From Octopus sinensis (lineage: Eukaryota): 64,000 nt of DNA. The position numbers and the translations under genes are program-made. Every line of letters starts with the position of its first letter. The stretch's first letter is position 1. The notes beneath the pieces are model-generated. The model saw only the letters and a list, made by a program, of their open reading frames with translations. It was not told the DNA's origin and searched no databases. This document shows positions 46,447 through 61,266 of this stretch, one piece after another. The stretch lies in the NCBI RefSeq assembly GCF_006345805.1, contig NC_043009.1, forward strand, positions 27,094,001 to 27,158,000. The letters are read 5' to 3'.

Positions 46447-48027
46447 ACATACGCAAACACACATGTGTAGATATAAAGTTCAAACTATACAAGTTGTAAA
46501 AAAAAAACTAATACAATTTGAGGATTAGTACTCTATCTGGATTTTCAATATTTTAGGTTTAGGACCACTTCTTCAGGAAATTTTCGGTGTAAAGTTATTG
46601 ATAGCTGATATCTACTATATGGTTTGTGTGTATAATACTAACCATTGACCCATTTTGTTAATATTTTATAACTTGTATTGTTTGGTTACATAAAAATTAC
46701 TTAGCTCACACATATCAGACAATGCTTCATGTAAAGTATAGAACTCATATATATATATAAACCTTACTCAATGCAAAAGCGACAAGTATAAAGGCGACGT
46801 GTCCAGCAGCTTGAATCCAAAGGAGAATGAGAAAAATAATCAAAGATGGTACGAAGATTTTGATAACTCCACTGACGACTAGGCATATGTTTGCCAATAT
46901 TAAAATGGATCTCCGACCAAATCTGTATATATAAAAATCCAGAAATATAATAATTGTTATTTGTTTAGGAAATTCGTGTCACATTCCATTTAGCGAGACA
47001 ATAGTCATATTACATGAAAGAGGAAGCAGAAAGTTTCATTAAACATTAAAATTTCGTTGCCTGAAATGTTAAAAACAGAAAAATTCAACTACATATGTCA
47101 TGTACAAAAATGGTAAAATCTCTTCCTCCGATGATGAATTTTACTATAATGTGGAAATTATTGAAACCTGCAAAAGGTAAGGATTCTGGTGGAAAGTACA
47201 AAACTTTAAACACAACGCGCTGGATTTATGTTAAGATAAAGAAAAGGTAAATTTCTCACCTGTCTGATAAGGCCCCAAATACAATTGAACCAACAAGATA
47301 ACCAGCAAAATAAACTGACTGCAAAGTGGATTTTAACCATTTTCTCTCACATACCAAATCAAACTGTAAGTAGATTAGTAAAAATAGAACCGATTAAAAA
47401 CTCCAGAATTTTACGTATCTTTAAAAGAATATTGAAGCGTACAGTTTTAGCTTTCTCTTCTTAATTAAAAACTGAGAACGGAAATTACTCTTTATTTTGA
47501 TGTGTATTTCCAGTTCTTTCAAGGATCCTGCTCCAGAAACCAATTTGTCATTCTAAATGGCAATATCATTTGTCATATCAATTAACCATAATGAATCTTT
47601 AAAACTTAATTGGAAAGAATTTCATGATGTTTTATAGATATTAAAATTTATTAAATTTTTCATAGAACACACGTCGAAGAATATAAAGGTATATGTGTGG
47701 AATACAGATATACACGATTAAAACTGTTGACATCCTCTCGTAACGAAACAGATTTTAAGCAGTTGTCCCTCTCAAAAAGTCAACGCTTAGAAAATCATCT
47801 GGCGAGTTCTTGATACAGAAAACATTCCAGAAAAATTCTTCCATGTCATCATACTACAAAAACCATTTCTAAATTCTCTCGTACTTCAAAACAGATAATT
47901 ATTCACACTTACATCAAATCTATGCTTGCTATCATTATCGCATGAATATTTCAAAATTCCCTCTATCCATCTTTATCTGTGTTTCTGCCGCTCTGTCTAT
48001 CTCTCTGTCTGTTTCTGTCTGTCTGTC

Positions 48028-48072
<45 letters not shown>

Positions 48073-49887
48073 GTCTGTCTCTCTCTCTCTCTCTCACTCA
48101 GTCTTTTTCTTTTTCTGCAGATACGTACGCTCACATGTACTCTATTTGACAGTAATTAGTTGACTTGTTCACTAACCTCGCTTACAACCGAAGAAAACTT
48201 TTCCGTCAGAAATTTCCGTCCATAAGAACACTCTAGTTTTGATGAATTACTTGGTGGTGTTGTATATGTCTCAATAAAACTATTGTTATATACAGAGCAA
48301 TGATCGTCGCCGTTTGGTTGAAGCATTTGTAAATATTCATTCTCTGTAAGGTTTACGGGAATTAACGAAGCATTAAAGTTCGGAGGGTAACATAAAAAAG
48401 GAACGTTTGTGCTGAGAAATGTCAAGTTCAGGCTCTGCATTGCTGCCAACATACATATTATAAAAATGTTGGCGTAGAACCAGCGCTGATAAGGTCCAAA
48501 AGAACCACATTTTTCTAAGATTTCTGAAACATTTTCATCTGATATATCTGAAATGAGGAAATAAATTGTATTAGGCATGAATTTGAATAATGTAATAGTA
48601 AATATGTTTTAAACTGAATACTAATAATAAAGATGAAAATGGAAATGATCCATATTAGATATTTCTTGATCAATAAAATTACGTTATTGATAAAAATATT
48701 GGAATAAACCCGGTTATTTTGGGAGAAAGGAGTAAGTCGATTACATCGACCCCGAAAAGGATAGAGGTTAAAGTCGGCCTCGGCGGAATTTGAACTCAGG
48801 ACATAAAGACGGGCGAAATGTCGCTAAGCACCTTGCCAAGTGCGGTAACGATTCTGCCACTTCGCTGCATTTTGCCGCCTTTTTATTTGTTAAGTTAGAT
48901 GAGACTTACGAAGAAGGGAGCTGAAAAACTACTCTATCAACTTTAGTCCATTATTCTAATTATGGTATTACACCGTGTATGTGGAACATTCCTTGCAAAC
49001 AATGTTGTACTATATTCTCCAAACCTATATAAATCTCATGTAGGAATACAATTTACGATGGGAAGTAGCAAGAGATAATATATATTTAAATCCCAACTAG
49101 AGGAATTGTTATATTATGAAGAAAATTCTACATAGTAAGTCTGTGCTCCAGCATGGCCGCAGTCAAATGACTGAAACAAATAAAAGGGTAAAAGAATAAA
49201 AGGAAATTTCTCTAACTTGGTAATTCATTACAACGTATCTATGTTACCATTGATTTATTCATAGAATGAATAACCATTTTGACACATGGATCTTTGCTGA
49301 TTGGTTTTGTACTAAGAATGAAGATTCAGTGAATAAAATCTACACGTTCAATCATCTGTTTGCAGATTATCTTTATTTCTATAGCCGTAATTGTTGGCGT
49401 TATCTTTATTGCCAAATGTGCAAGCATCAGGTATAACACACCATGGTAAATATAGCAAAGATTTACTGATTGATTGCGTTCAACTCCAGCCTGGTATTTC
49501 TTATTTATCAATATCAATGTAGAGAAGGATGTTAAGAATTATACGTAATAATTATTGCGTATATCTAGAAAGAGATAAAACCCATACTTGTCTTTTGAAA
49601 TTTAATTTTTGAATAAGGTGTCAACATATGATAGGATATTAAATTTTTATTATAATTTATTCTCTCTCTAAATAAGGGAAACAATCCTAAAAATTGCACA
49701 TATAGATTGATGAGAACTAAACAAATAAAACGTGCTTCAGATAAATATCAAGAATTTCCGAAGAAATAAATAAATCATGGAAATAATTTATAGGTAAAAA
49801 TATTTTATGAAGTCCACGTTTGAATAATTACTAACCGGTAGTCATTTGTTTTTCTGATTTCAGTTGAAATTCTTCATTTTCAGCCAT
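40411..49887 (-). CDS. SLC22-family transporter, gene C, 553 aa. Exons: 49836-49887, 48177-48547, 47260-47363, 46768-46922, 44145-44313, 42971-43243, 41991-42205, 41221-41329, 40411-40624.
   Basis: Exon lengths 52+371+104+155+169+273+215+109+214 = 1662 nt, an intact frame ending in TGA at 40411-40413. Same motifs as gene B; the size is typical of SLC22 12-TM transporters. Confidence 0.92.
49836..49887 (-). CDS. 52-bp first coding exon of gene C
   Basis: Identical to 9986-10037; phase-compatible with the acceptor at 48547. Confidence 0.85.
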
Positions 49888-50879
49888 GGTAAAAACACAA
49901 TTGTTTTAGAAATTCTCTTTAAATTTGCAATGTTTTATCTAGAACAAAATTTGAACAAGCAAAACATCAATTAAATGAGTAAAATTACTTACATTTCCTC
50001 AGTCTATAAATGTTAGTGTAGAAATGCTATACTTATCGAATTACCAACAATCATTTTTCGTCAAATCTTCTATTCTTCTAACAAGAATTGTTTTCCAAAG
50101 GGAATTTCTTTCCGTAATCTTTTAGGAATCGATATTGATTTATAGATTCTCAATTCAGTGAAATGTTCATCTAACGAGAAACAAATTATTGTTCTGTAAA
50201 AGTATATCACTGCTTTTGTTGATTATGAATATTTCTCTTTATTTGTGGACACGGAATTAATATGCCGAAAAGAAACAGCCCCAAGACTTCTATGATGACG
50301 AAGAAGCATACCTGTAAGCAAGAGGTTTGCACAGTTAGCTAGCGATTGAGTTCATGTTAACCAGTATGGTGGCAGTTTTGGATGTGGTCCCAAATGTCCG
50401 TTAATGTAACAACAGCATCGAACTTATGTGGGAGAAGTAATCCATCGTGGACCTCCCTTGTGGGTTGTGAATAGATAACAAGTGAGATTTAGCATGTCAT
50501 AGTGATACAGTCCTTGTAATATTTTGTTAAGTAAGTCGAATATGTATGATAGCCATAAACGATTCTCAAGAATGGGGAATTTTAATAGCTGTGCAAACAC
50601 TGTCCATTGAGTTTGCACGCTGCTTACGTTTGATAAGTGTTGGTACAGAAATATATTCTTGTTATGTATAATTATTTTATCAACGTGCTGTTGATACAGC
50701 CAAAATTAACATGTGTTCCCCATTACTTGGGAATTTTTGAAAGTTATTTTTCATAAATATCTTTGCAGCTTCGAGTGATTTGAACAGGTCTCACGTGGAT
50801 GACGCTCAAGTATGAATGTTCAGATAGAAGTGAAGTTTGGAATTATCTACGAAAAAGTCGATACTATTTGAGCTGATGG

Positions 50880-52932
50880 CAACGAGTGTAGACTACGTAA
50901 GGAGTGCGATGAAATAGATGATCTCAACACTCTGGTTGTTGAGTCCTTGTAGAGTTTGATTATATTTATGGTACTGATGGAGTTAGTAGCCATGTTAAGG
51001 GAGCAATGTGCCCTAATGTGAAGGCAAAAAACGGCCAAGTTGTAGTAATAATGCGTGTGAAAGTGTGACACGTTCTAGTATGGCCATTTTGGAGTCGCTA
51101 CATTTTCTACCACTCCTCCTGTTCCTCTCTTTCTCTCATCCTCTGTGTTTATGTGTGTGAGCATATTTACCTTTATGCTTATAAGGAGTGAGAAAGACTT
51201 TATATCAATAATTTTCAGTTATTAAATTGAAAATATCTTTCCCCCACCTGCACACTTTCTGTCTGAATGTGTATATTTCTGCAGCACCATGTTATTTAGT
51301 GCAGATCTAACATCAAACAATAGCTTTTTTACTTGTGTCAGTCATTGGATTGCAGCCATGCGGGGGCACCACCTTGAAAGACTCAGTTGAAGAACAAATC
51401 CGCTCCAGTACATATTTTTTTAAACTCTGGTATTTATTCTATCCGCCACTTTTGCCAAGACAAGGTTAACGATACGTAAACAAACCAATATCGGATGTCA
51501 AGCGGTGGTTGGGGACAAACACAAACGCAAGAACACACATACACACACGCACACACACACACATACACACACACACGCACACACGCACACACGCACACAC
51601 ACACACACACACATACACACACACACACACACACACAAATATGCGACCGGCTACCACACAGTTTCCGTCAACCAAATTCGCTCACAAGACACTGGTTAGA
51701 TCGGGGCTACAGTAAAAACGAAAACACTAACGCAAGATGCCACACTGCGTGATTCAATCCCATTTGCGTGCATAGCGAGCGTCTTGGCAACACACCCATG
51801 TCGACAAAAATTTCCCACATTTAGTAAATCAGTAGAGTTTCAATAAATTACTGATGTGCTTAATATTCGTTTTAAAATTTGGCACTAGGCTAGTAATTTT
51901 AGGGGAGGGTTAAGTCGATTGCATCGACCCCAGTGTTCAACTGGTACTTATTTTATCGACCTCTAAGGCAAAGTTAACTCTAGCGGAATTTGAACAGAGA
52001 ACCTAAAGATGTTCGAAATGCCGCTAAGTATTTCGCCCCAGGTGCTAACCATTCAGCCAACTCATCGTCTTAACTAGTGTTCATAGTATTCTTTTCTATT
52101 CTTGGCACAATTCTTGGGTAGGAGGTGCCCGTCGATTAGATCTACCCCCATACGCAACTAGTACTTTATCGATCGCGAAGGGATGAAAGGCACAGTTAAC
52201 CTCAGCGGAATTTGAACTAAGAACGTAAATACGAACGAAAAGCTCCCTTAACTAGTGTTCATAATATTGTTAAAGCAACATACCTTAGTGACCTTAGTGA
52301 CCTTAACATTGACAACATGAATAATAATTTCATATAAGCTGTAAACTTACCTGTACTTACGGCAATCCTTTCTAAATCCACAAATTATTTTTTTGTGTGC
52401 TCATATAAGTGAACGCGTTTGTGTGCGTTTGCATGTGCATGTGAGAGAAGAAGGAGAGAGAGAGAGAGGGAGAGGGAGAAAGGGAGAGAATGTATGTGTA
52501 TATGTATGAAGAAAGAAATGTATTTGTGAAAATGCGTTTGTAGGGACAGTTCTCAAAGAAAACCGTAAATATTTGTTCTCATATCAAAAAACAAAGAAGC
52601 GCAAGACAATCCAAGACAAAGTAATCCTGCTTCGCTCTGCTTTGCTCCACTACTTAACAAATCGCGCATATATTAAAGTATAGTGGGCCAGTAAATGTTT
52701 ACCTCTCTTCTTTTTACCATTTGACCTCATTGTTTTGTAATAAATGTCATAATTTGAAGTTATTTGTATAAATTATATTTATTACATTTGACAGTGTAGA
52801 CATGTAAAGGAGTAAAGTATTCCATATCTAGTTGTAGCAAGAAAGCGTATAACTTGTCATTTCATATATTCATTTAAGAAACTTATGAATGTTAACAGTT
52901 TTCTAAAGGTGAAAGTGAAATTAAGCAAACAA

Positions 52933-52991
<59 letters not shown>

Positions 52992-54530
52992 GGTGAGCAC
53001 CTATATTGATATTTCCTGTTCCTGGATTGCAAACGCATATGTTTCATAGTGGGAGGTAGTAATCGCCATTGGTCCATGATAAACTGCGTTGATGATCGAT
53101 GTTAATATCATCACGGGACTTTCAACTAACATATCCATGCATAGTCTTCTGTTCATATAGGCTCATCCTTTCATCTGATGATACATTGCGGTAGAGTTGT
53201 GCAACTTCTTTGGGCATGTGGTCTAGTTTATCAGATAAAGAATGTTGCTCAAGGGGCTGCCTTTCAAGTCTTATGATGTTATCAGTCTCATGTATGCAAA
53301 CTTGGTCAAGGGATGCACTTCGACGCTTGGTAGTTAAAATATGTTGCCGAAAGGATATGATGCGATATTCAAAGGCATTTTGGATTGATGTTCAGCCTCT
53401 TCTGCCTTGTTTTCATTTTAAGTAGAGGCAGTCTACATCACTGTTTATGTAGAAATTATGTGTGCTTGTTAGTATTTTTCAGGTTTTCACATCAATGTCT
53501 CGTATCTCATCAAGCGTCCAATCAAGCAGCCCAAATATTGGTATGAGTACTAGCACTACATTGTAGGTCACTGTTTTATTGAATGCAGAGAGTTCTGAGA
53601 CCCAAAGTTTTTTTATTCGGCTGTAATATTTTTTAGGGATACGGTTTTTGTTACAGGCCTCATTGTAAGATATATTTTCATCCACCCCTAGATAGCTGTA
53701 ACATTCCTCGTCAGATACAGAGGAAACAGTCAAATCATTGATGGGGATGTTACTTGTCTGGTTTATAGTCTTACCCCTTTTTATAACCACATAACAACAT
53801 TTATCTTGACCAAACTCCAACCCTACACCCTTTGAGAATGTAACTTGATGAAGATTCTTTTTCATCTTCTGTATATTCTTTGCATAAAGTTTTACGTCAC
53901 CCACAAAGAAACAGTGAGTAATTTTGGTTTCCATGTAAACCAGTGAGATATCCTTCAGAGTTCCTAAATATGAATGACAAGGAGTTTACAGAAAGTATAA
54001 ACAACATCACAAAAAGGCTGTCCCCTTGGACTATGCCTTTGCGATATTGTATCCTGTCGGTGATAACACGGTCGTCACACTTTGTGTTTAATTTCAAGAT
54101 GGTGGCCCATCTCACTGGAACTTTAGTAAGTTGAAGGGCTTCTAGCACCCATGAGAGAGGAACAGAGTCTAGTCACATGGAAACTAGGTTCTTCTTATGC
54201 TTCCGCACCTCTAACATCACAGTTTTGTTGATTAGCAATTGCTCAGCACATCCCCAGACTCCCTTTTCTCCAGCTGCTTGTTCTGCTGTGATAATGTTGT
54301 TGGTTTCACAATAGTCTTGGAGGAAAAGGTTTAAACATGATATATATATATATATATATCTTATACATTAAGTTCTGATATGCAATTGGCTATCTTCTGA
54401 TATCGGAGTTTTTCACTGACAGCTTTTTGCTCCTGCTTTAAAGTAATCAGTTTGCAAGTGAGTGTCCCCTTTTTACTGTCTCCAAACATCATTTCTATCT
54501 CCTTCTTTACTTTCTGTTGGTGGGACGTAT
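50880..54530 (+). repeat. Older, more diverged paralog of the upstream/intergenic region ~10430-17490
   Basis: 50881 aacgagtgtagactacgtaagg corresponds to 10430; 51290 to 13750; 52560 to 14660; 53005 to 15475. Homology ends at tgggacgtataat (54530 vs 17490). Confidence 0.85.
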
Positions 54531-54847
54531 AATGATTTGCTTGTTTGCATGCAATAAACATCATCACATGACTGATGGTCAACCGCAAACCAGATATCTT
54601 TTTCTCTTTCTTCAAAAGCCTTGATGCTTCTTTCTTTGCTATTTCAGTTTTGTTTACTTTATCATTCATGTACTGTTTTACAGTCGTAGCCATCGCATAT
54701 AGACAGGCGTTAATCTGCCAGTATGTATGTGGGTTCATCACACTGTTGTAAATAATCCTCGAGAGAGTACCCCAAAAGCCAAAGTTATTATTTCACGGAA
54801 AATTTGAGTAAGGGTATATTTCACCGGCATATAATCCTGACTGCTGG

Positions 54848-54896
<49 letters not shown>

Positions 54897-55430
54897 GTTG
54901 CGGTTGTGCCTTCAATTTTCGATGGTCGTAGTAGGAGTATAGTGGTCTGTTTCTTTAGCCAATAATGTAGTTTGGCTGGCAGGCTCTACGAAATCTGTTG
55001 GAATATCGCTAGCTGCGACACCAAGTTGCGGTCTTATATCATTGACGATTTCGTTTTTCTTTATAGAGTTGGGAAAAATATTAATTTTCGATTTTTTAAT
55101 AAAGTTACAGTTACTAACTTTCTTTTTATGTTCTACAAATGTTGCCTATTGGTGGTAGTTGCTTCACAGTAAAATGATTTAATTCTGAATGCAGATCGCT
55201 CCAATAGAATTTCACTCGATTCATATAGCCAACAGCGAGGTTTTGTTTCATTTTTTCGTAGCATTTGAATAGATCATTATTCAATTGATAACTCCAAGAG
55301 AAATGAGTTTTGTAGTTATGGTTTCTTCTATAACTACAGCTAGAAAGAACTTCTTTACCTATTGAACTGTTGTTTTCGTTCTGTTCTTCGATTGTGTTGT
55401 TGAAGTTGTGTCCAGCCATGTTGTTTGTAG
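53005..55430 (-). mobile_element. Older paralogous copy of the decayed R4/Dong-like element, with internal deletions but a longer 5' part
   Basis: ORF pieces at 53479-53934, 53897-54148 and 54361-54741. The 55126-55419 piece (DLFKCY...GYMNRVKFYWSDLHSE) is probably its N-terminal region. Confidence 0.7.
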
Positions 55431-55630
55431 TAACTCTCTGCCTGATGAATTCAAGTCGAAAATCACTACGATCATGAATAAAAGGCTCCTTCAGTTAAAA
55501 TCCTCTGAAGATTAACCAGTTATTTAACAAGGCTGATAGTTGTGGTACCAAAGTTGGAGTTAGTATTCATCGTCTTTTCGGTAAATAGTCTCCCACGCCA
55601 AATACGTGACTTGTTGAATCGAATGAATAA

Positions 55631-55661
<31 letters not shown>

Positions 55662-55768
55662 TGTATGTATGTATGTATGTATGTACCTACTGTCACTGTC
55701 TATCTATCTATCTATCTATCTATTTATATAATAATAACAACAGCAACAACAACAACAACAACAACAAC

Positions 55769-55835
<67 letters not shown>

Positions 55836-55838
<3 letters not shown>

Positions 55839-57665
55839 TCCCCATTAGAAGAGGAATATTCCAGGGAGACACGCTCTCTCCATTCCTTTTCTGCTTGGCA
55901 CTGTCACCTCTATCTGATATGCTAAATAGAACTGGATGCGATATAAATGTTACGGCAAAACAATCAGCTACCTTTTATATATGGATGACCTAAAACTATA
56001 CGCTGCAAATGACAAACAGCTGGAAACACTATTAAAGACAGTTCATGGATTTACCAAAGAAATAGATATGAAATTTGGATTAGAAAAATGCGCCAAAGTA
56101 ACCCTGAAAAGAGGAAAACTAGTTAAGAGTAGCAACATAACACTAGATAAAACCAATGAAATAAAAGAATTAGACCAAAGCCAAACTTACAAATACTTAG
56201 GAATCCATGAACTAGATACGACACAACACACACAAATGAAAGAGAAAATAAAAAAAGAATATTATAGACGAGTTAGATCAATACTAAAAATAGAGCTCAA
56301 TGCTAAAAACAAGATAATAGGTATTAACACTTTAGCCGTCCCAGTTATAAGTTACAGCTACAATATCCTTAACTGGACACTAAATGAACTGACCAAAATA
56401 GATAGGAAAACAAGAAAAATAATGACAGGATCTAGGATGCATCACCAAAAATCTGACATAGAAAGACTATATATACAACGTATAGAAGGTGGTAGAGGCC
56501 TTATACAGCTGGAAAACTACTATAAAATAACCACCATAGAACTGCAAAAATATCTAATTCCGAAGGAAGGAAAATTGATACAAATAGCGGCAAAACACGA
56601 GCAAAACAAAAAACTGTTCTCAGTATTTAAGGAAGCTGACAAATACAAACAAGAAGTCATGCCACCTAACAAATATGAAGAAGAAGAAGAAGAAGAAGAA
56701 GAAGAAGAAGAAGAAGAAGAAGAAGAAGAAGCAACAAAAGCTATAAAACAAATGAAATCCAAACTAAAACTAGAACAGCAAAGAACCATGATAAAACGAT
56801 GGCAAGAAAAGCCCCTTCATAGTAAATACTGGACTAAACTAAATGCAAAAGAAATAGACAAAGAAAAATCCCAGCAATTGTTGAGAAGCTCAGGACTCAA
56901 AGCAGAGACAGAGGGATTTTTAATTGCAGCACAAGACCAAAGCCTCCCCACCAGAAATTACCAAAAACATGTAATGAAAAGAAATTTAACAAGTAACTGC
57001 AGAATATGTGGAGATGGACAAGAAACAATAAATCATATTATCTCTGGCTGCCCAGTCCTGGCTGAGAAGAAATATATTCACAGACACGACAGAGTTGGGA
57101 CCTACATACACTGGAAGCTATGCCAACATTATGGAATAACAACAGAAAAAAGATGGTATAGGCACACACCAGAAAAGGTCACAGAAAACGAGAAAGCAAC
57201 CATACTGTGGGATATGCCGATGCACACAGATAGAGAAATTAAGGCCAACAGACCAGATATAGTTGTCAGAGATCATGAAGGAAAAAAATGCTTTCTAATT
57301 GATGTATCAATACCGGCTGATGACAACGTTTCTCTAAAAGAAATGGAGAAACTCTCAAAATACAAAGACCTGGAAATAGAGGTAACTAGAATGTGGAATC
57401 TGAAAACAGAAACAATTCCTATCATAGTAGGTGCATTAGGCATGATAAAAACATATTCAGACAAATACGTAACAAAAACACCAGGACTTACAAACACATA
57501 TAACATACAGAAAATTGCACTACTAGGCACTGAACACATCCTACGCAGGACACTTTCCATACAATAACCATCAGAGCATCACAACAAATCACAGCACATA
57601 CCCAAGGCACACAGAGCTGCGCTCGGTAGTGTAGTGAGAGCACGCTATAAAAATAAAACTACTGA
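55836..57665 (+). mobile_element. 5'-truncated R4/Dong-like LINE embedded in (AAT)n
   Basis: RGIFQGDTLSP, a single frameshift near 55940, YMDD, CCHC knuckle (CRICGDGQETINHIISGC), RLE motifs RHD, RPDIVV, IDVSIP, EKLSKY. Internal (GAA)n poly-Glu; (AAT)n on both sides. Confidence 0.93.
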
Positions 57666-57692
57666 ATAATAATAATAATAATAATAATAATG

Positions 57693-57745
<53 letters not shown>

Positions 57746-57800
57746 ATCAATAACAATAACAATAATAATAATAATAACAATAATAATAATAATGATGATG

Positions 57801-57860
<60 letters not shown>

Positions 57861-57865
57861 TAAAT
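57666..57865. repeat. Long (AAT)n microsatellite; other compound SSR blocks at ~55630-55838 and ~58130-58330
   Basis: Direct reading. Confidence 0.95.
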
Positions 57866-58193
57866 AATATATAAATATATATGCATACATACACATATAT
57901 ATGTACATACATATATTTGTTTATATATGCATATATGGGCAGAGGACACCACGGAGCATAAACAACATGAAATAAGAAAACAACATGAAATATGAAAACA
58001 TGGAATACGAACTTTTTGTCGAACAACGAAAAAAACAAATGGAAAACATGACAAGTAACATGAAAAAAACGACCGTGCATCACTTGTTGGCTGTTTTTCT
58101 ACTTCGTATTTCGAGACTCTAACTCTCAGTCTGTCTGTCTGCCTCTCTGTCTGTCTATTTATCTGTCTGTCTGTCTTTCTGTCTGTCTGTCCG

Positions 58194-58239
<46 letters not shown>

Positions 58240-58252
58240 ATCTATCTATTTT

Positions 58253-58311
<59 letters not shown>

Positions 58312-59939
58312 GCATGTATGTCAGTCTGTCTCTCAGTCTGTCTATCTGCCCCTCCTCTCTCTCCCTCTCTCTCTTTATCTATCTGTATATCTGACTGTCT
58401 GTCTGCCTCTCTCTCACAACCTCTCCAGGGTTGGTTTCAGCTTCTCATTTAAGCTAATTACTTTTTTCTTCGTTCAACTTCATCTGTGTCACAAATCATA
58501 AAAACGAGAAATATGACATTTCTATGAGTATTTTATCCGTTAGCATTCAGATTGCTCTGTCAAATGTAATGATTGTCTATTCACATTGCTTTGAATTAAT
58601 CACGCATTATCTTGTAGCTCCGTAAAATGACATTGTAAGGTAGGTGTGAGAGCCTAGAAATGGTGGGTTTGAACGTAAAACTGGTAGAACATTTGGAATG
58701 GATATGGCCATTTATAATACGGAACGATTAAACGATTTGTTTTACTGGAAAATTCGGACTATCGTTGATGATGTAAAAACTAGGGAAGAACGACTCGCAG
58801 AACACTTACTTCCACAAAACGGTATAATTACATATATATAGATCAACTTGGAGTAATCGAACAAATAGAAAACAAGATCTAGATATAGCGCCGTCAGAGT
58901 TGATTCCCATCTTACGATTGCAATGAACTCGAATTAATTTCCAAGTATTTGAATGGAACAAACTAGTGAAGGCATGTAATTTTGTGGTTAGGGTGTTGCT
59001 TTCACGATTCCCTTACCGGGTGTTTGGTTGTGCTCTCGGGCAAACCACTTCATTTCACGTCGCTCCAGTTCATTCAGCATTCTATGTCACGCTGAATCTC
59101 CCTGAGAACTACGCTAAGAGTACATGTGTCTGTGGAGTGCTCAGCCGCTTGCGCGAGCAAGCTGTTCCGTTGATCAAATGAACTGGAATCCTCGTAGTCG
59201 TAACTGACGGAGTGAAGTATCATAGACAATATACTGTTTTCAATTTCTTTCTGATGTATATTATGTTTTTGACACAGAACTTCTAGAAGAGATTTGATCT
59301 CCGGCTAAAACCGCAGTATCTTTCCTTTTAACGGTGTATATACGTCAAATATGAAACAGCGATCCACTCAAAGGTTCAGTTCTTGTTGTGGTGTGCTGGG
59401 TTGTGTAAAGTTTTCCATGGTGGACAGGTCAAAGGATAAGGGCCAAACTAATATGGACCACCTCTTCCTAGACGTAAAAATAAGAGTTAATACATCTTCC
59501 TGGAAAAGAAAAAATGTTATAGAAGCATTGATGACAATTCAGAAACCCAAGAAGGAAGAGTAAATACATTTCAGGGAGATATTTGACGCGGTGCAGCAAA
59601 ATCAAATTGTAGGGATCCAGCTGAAGAGAAACGGAAAAGCCAAACCAGAGTAGAAAACGATGAAGAAAAGTTGTCGATAGCCTATACAGGAAGCAAATGG
59701 CTTAAATAAGTATGGCACATAGATGACTTTTGTACGTAGATTTGTAGCCTGTATTAGCAACTTCTCAAAATTGTAGGCCCCATTATCGTTGGCATTAACT
59801 TGTATGTGCGTAGTTAGTCTGTAGCGAGTAATTGAGCCTTTTCATCCTGATGCATGTAAAGAGCGCTGGTGTCTGAGGTGGCTGTTCAGGTCAAGGGCGG
59901 TGTAGAAAAACCGGAGGCATTTATTGTGGGTGATGGTTG

Positions 59940-60639
59940 GCTCTAATCTGTGCTGCCCAAGAGCAAGCACTAAGAACAAACTGCATAAAATACTGAATAG
60001 ATCACACAGCAGAAAGTGATAAGCGCAGAATCTGTGGCATATTACCAGCCAATGTACGCTACTAGACCAGAAGGAATATAAGCAACGCCACGACAATATA
60101 GCCAAGCTTGTCCATGGGACATTCTGCAACAGGTATGGACTTGACAGAGCAAAAAATTGGTACGACCACAAACCTGAAGGCATCGACGAAAATAGAAATG
60201 CAACGATCTTATGTGATTTTAGGATTCAGTGCGACCATGAGATAGAGAATAGGAAGCTGGACATAGTCTTAATTGAGAAAGAAAACAAACTGTGCGGATC
60301 ATAGATATAGCATGCCCACAAGGTATGCGATAAGGAAGAAAGAAAAGTTGAGAAATATGACAGGTTATTTTGGGAAGTTAAGCAGTTGTGGTCGATGGAA
60401 ACGGTAGCAGTAGTACCAGTAATTGTCGGAGCCCTGGGAACAGTGAACCGAAATCTCGACAAGTATGTGGAACAAATAGGGGCTGCAATAAGGGTTGAGT
60501 ACTTGCAGAAAACAGCACTGCTTGGAACCGCTTGAATACTCCGGAAGGTGCTCGAAAAATAACAGGTGTTACCTTAGTTCACTGGTGGTGGACAGCTGAG
60601 ACTGTAAGACATTTCCAGCGTTAGAAGATGTGCAAAGGC

Positions 60640-60672
<33 letters not shown>
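59940..60672 (+). mobile_element. Decayed 3' fragment of a second R4/Dong-like LINE with (AAT)n tail
   Basis: AAQEQALRTN...RICG...QKEYKQRHDNIAK...RKLDIVL...VVPVIVGALG, with stops and frameshifts. Confidence 0.8.
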
Positions 60673-60673
<1 letters not shown>

Positions 60674-60674
60674 G

Positions 60675-61220
60675 GCAGTACCAGGCAGTGGCTCTCATGG
60701 CTTCTGATCTTAACTGACTGGAAGTGTTATCATGTACATTGTTTTGTCTTGGTATAAAAGATGGGCTACAGCAAATATTCTGCTCAATACCACAGGTTTG
60801 CTTGTCAGTTGTTTGACCTTAACCAGTTGAGCATGTCCCTTAGTGGCTGACGATATGTGCATCTCTGATCACGAGCAGAAGTAGTGGGGGAGCATCATGG
60901 CCATGTGTTGAGAGGGATTCTTTGGAGTTTGAATGGTTCACCTCTGGAAACATAGGTGTTTCGTTCAACATCCTAAAGCAACCCTTATTCAGGGACCGTT
61001 TGAGCAGGATGGGTTACTCAACCTGAAGAAAATTCTAACTGGGCCCCACCTGCAAGGTCATGTGTTGTTTATCTTGATATGAGATCACCATGTCGCGCAC
61101 ATATGGTTGTGATGCATGTGCCTGGTGTACCTTTATCAGACGGGTAGTCATGATGGGTATATTGGGCTTCGTATATTTTACCCCAGTGTCACTTTGATGG
61201 CATGAACTGCTCTCTCACTC

Positions 61221-61266
<46 letters not shown>

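Larger units (their letters stand above)
29900..50025 (+). repeat. Recent tandem segmental duplication, unit 2 (~20.1 kb, contains gene C)
   Basis: As for unit 1. Differs by a CR1-like insertion, two small deletions near 31.3-31.4 kb, absence of the 25190 SINE, and microsatellite lengths. Confidence 0.93.

Noticed and set aside
48548-48578. ORF-track starts [10 protein letters not shown] (also 28168-28198) and MTKICITC (6358-6409) as N-termini
   Set aside because: They overlap a conserved polypyrimidine tract and AG acceptor, and differ between paralogs; the upstream 52-bp exon fits phase in all three copies.
55436-55480. CTGATGA...GAAA hammerhead-like string
   Set aside because: Stems I and II cannot pair properly; likely chance.
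55936-57567. 543-aa ORF as a host or domesticated gene
   Set aside because: It is the 3' half of a 5'-truncated, frameshifted R4/Dong LINE with an (AAT)n tail.
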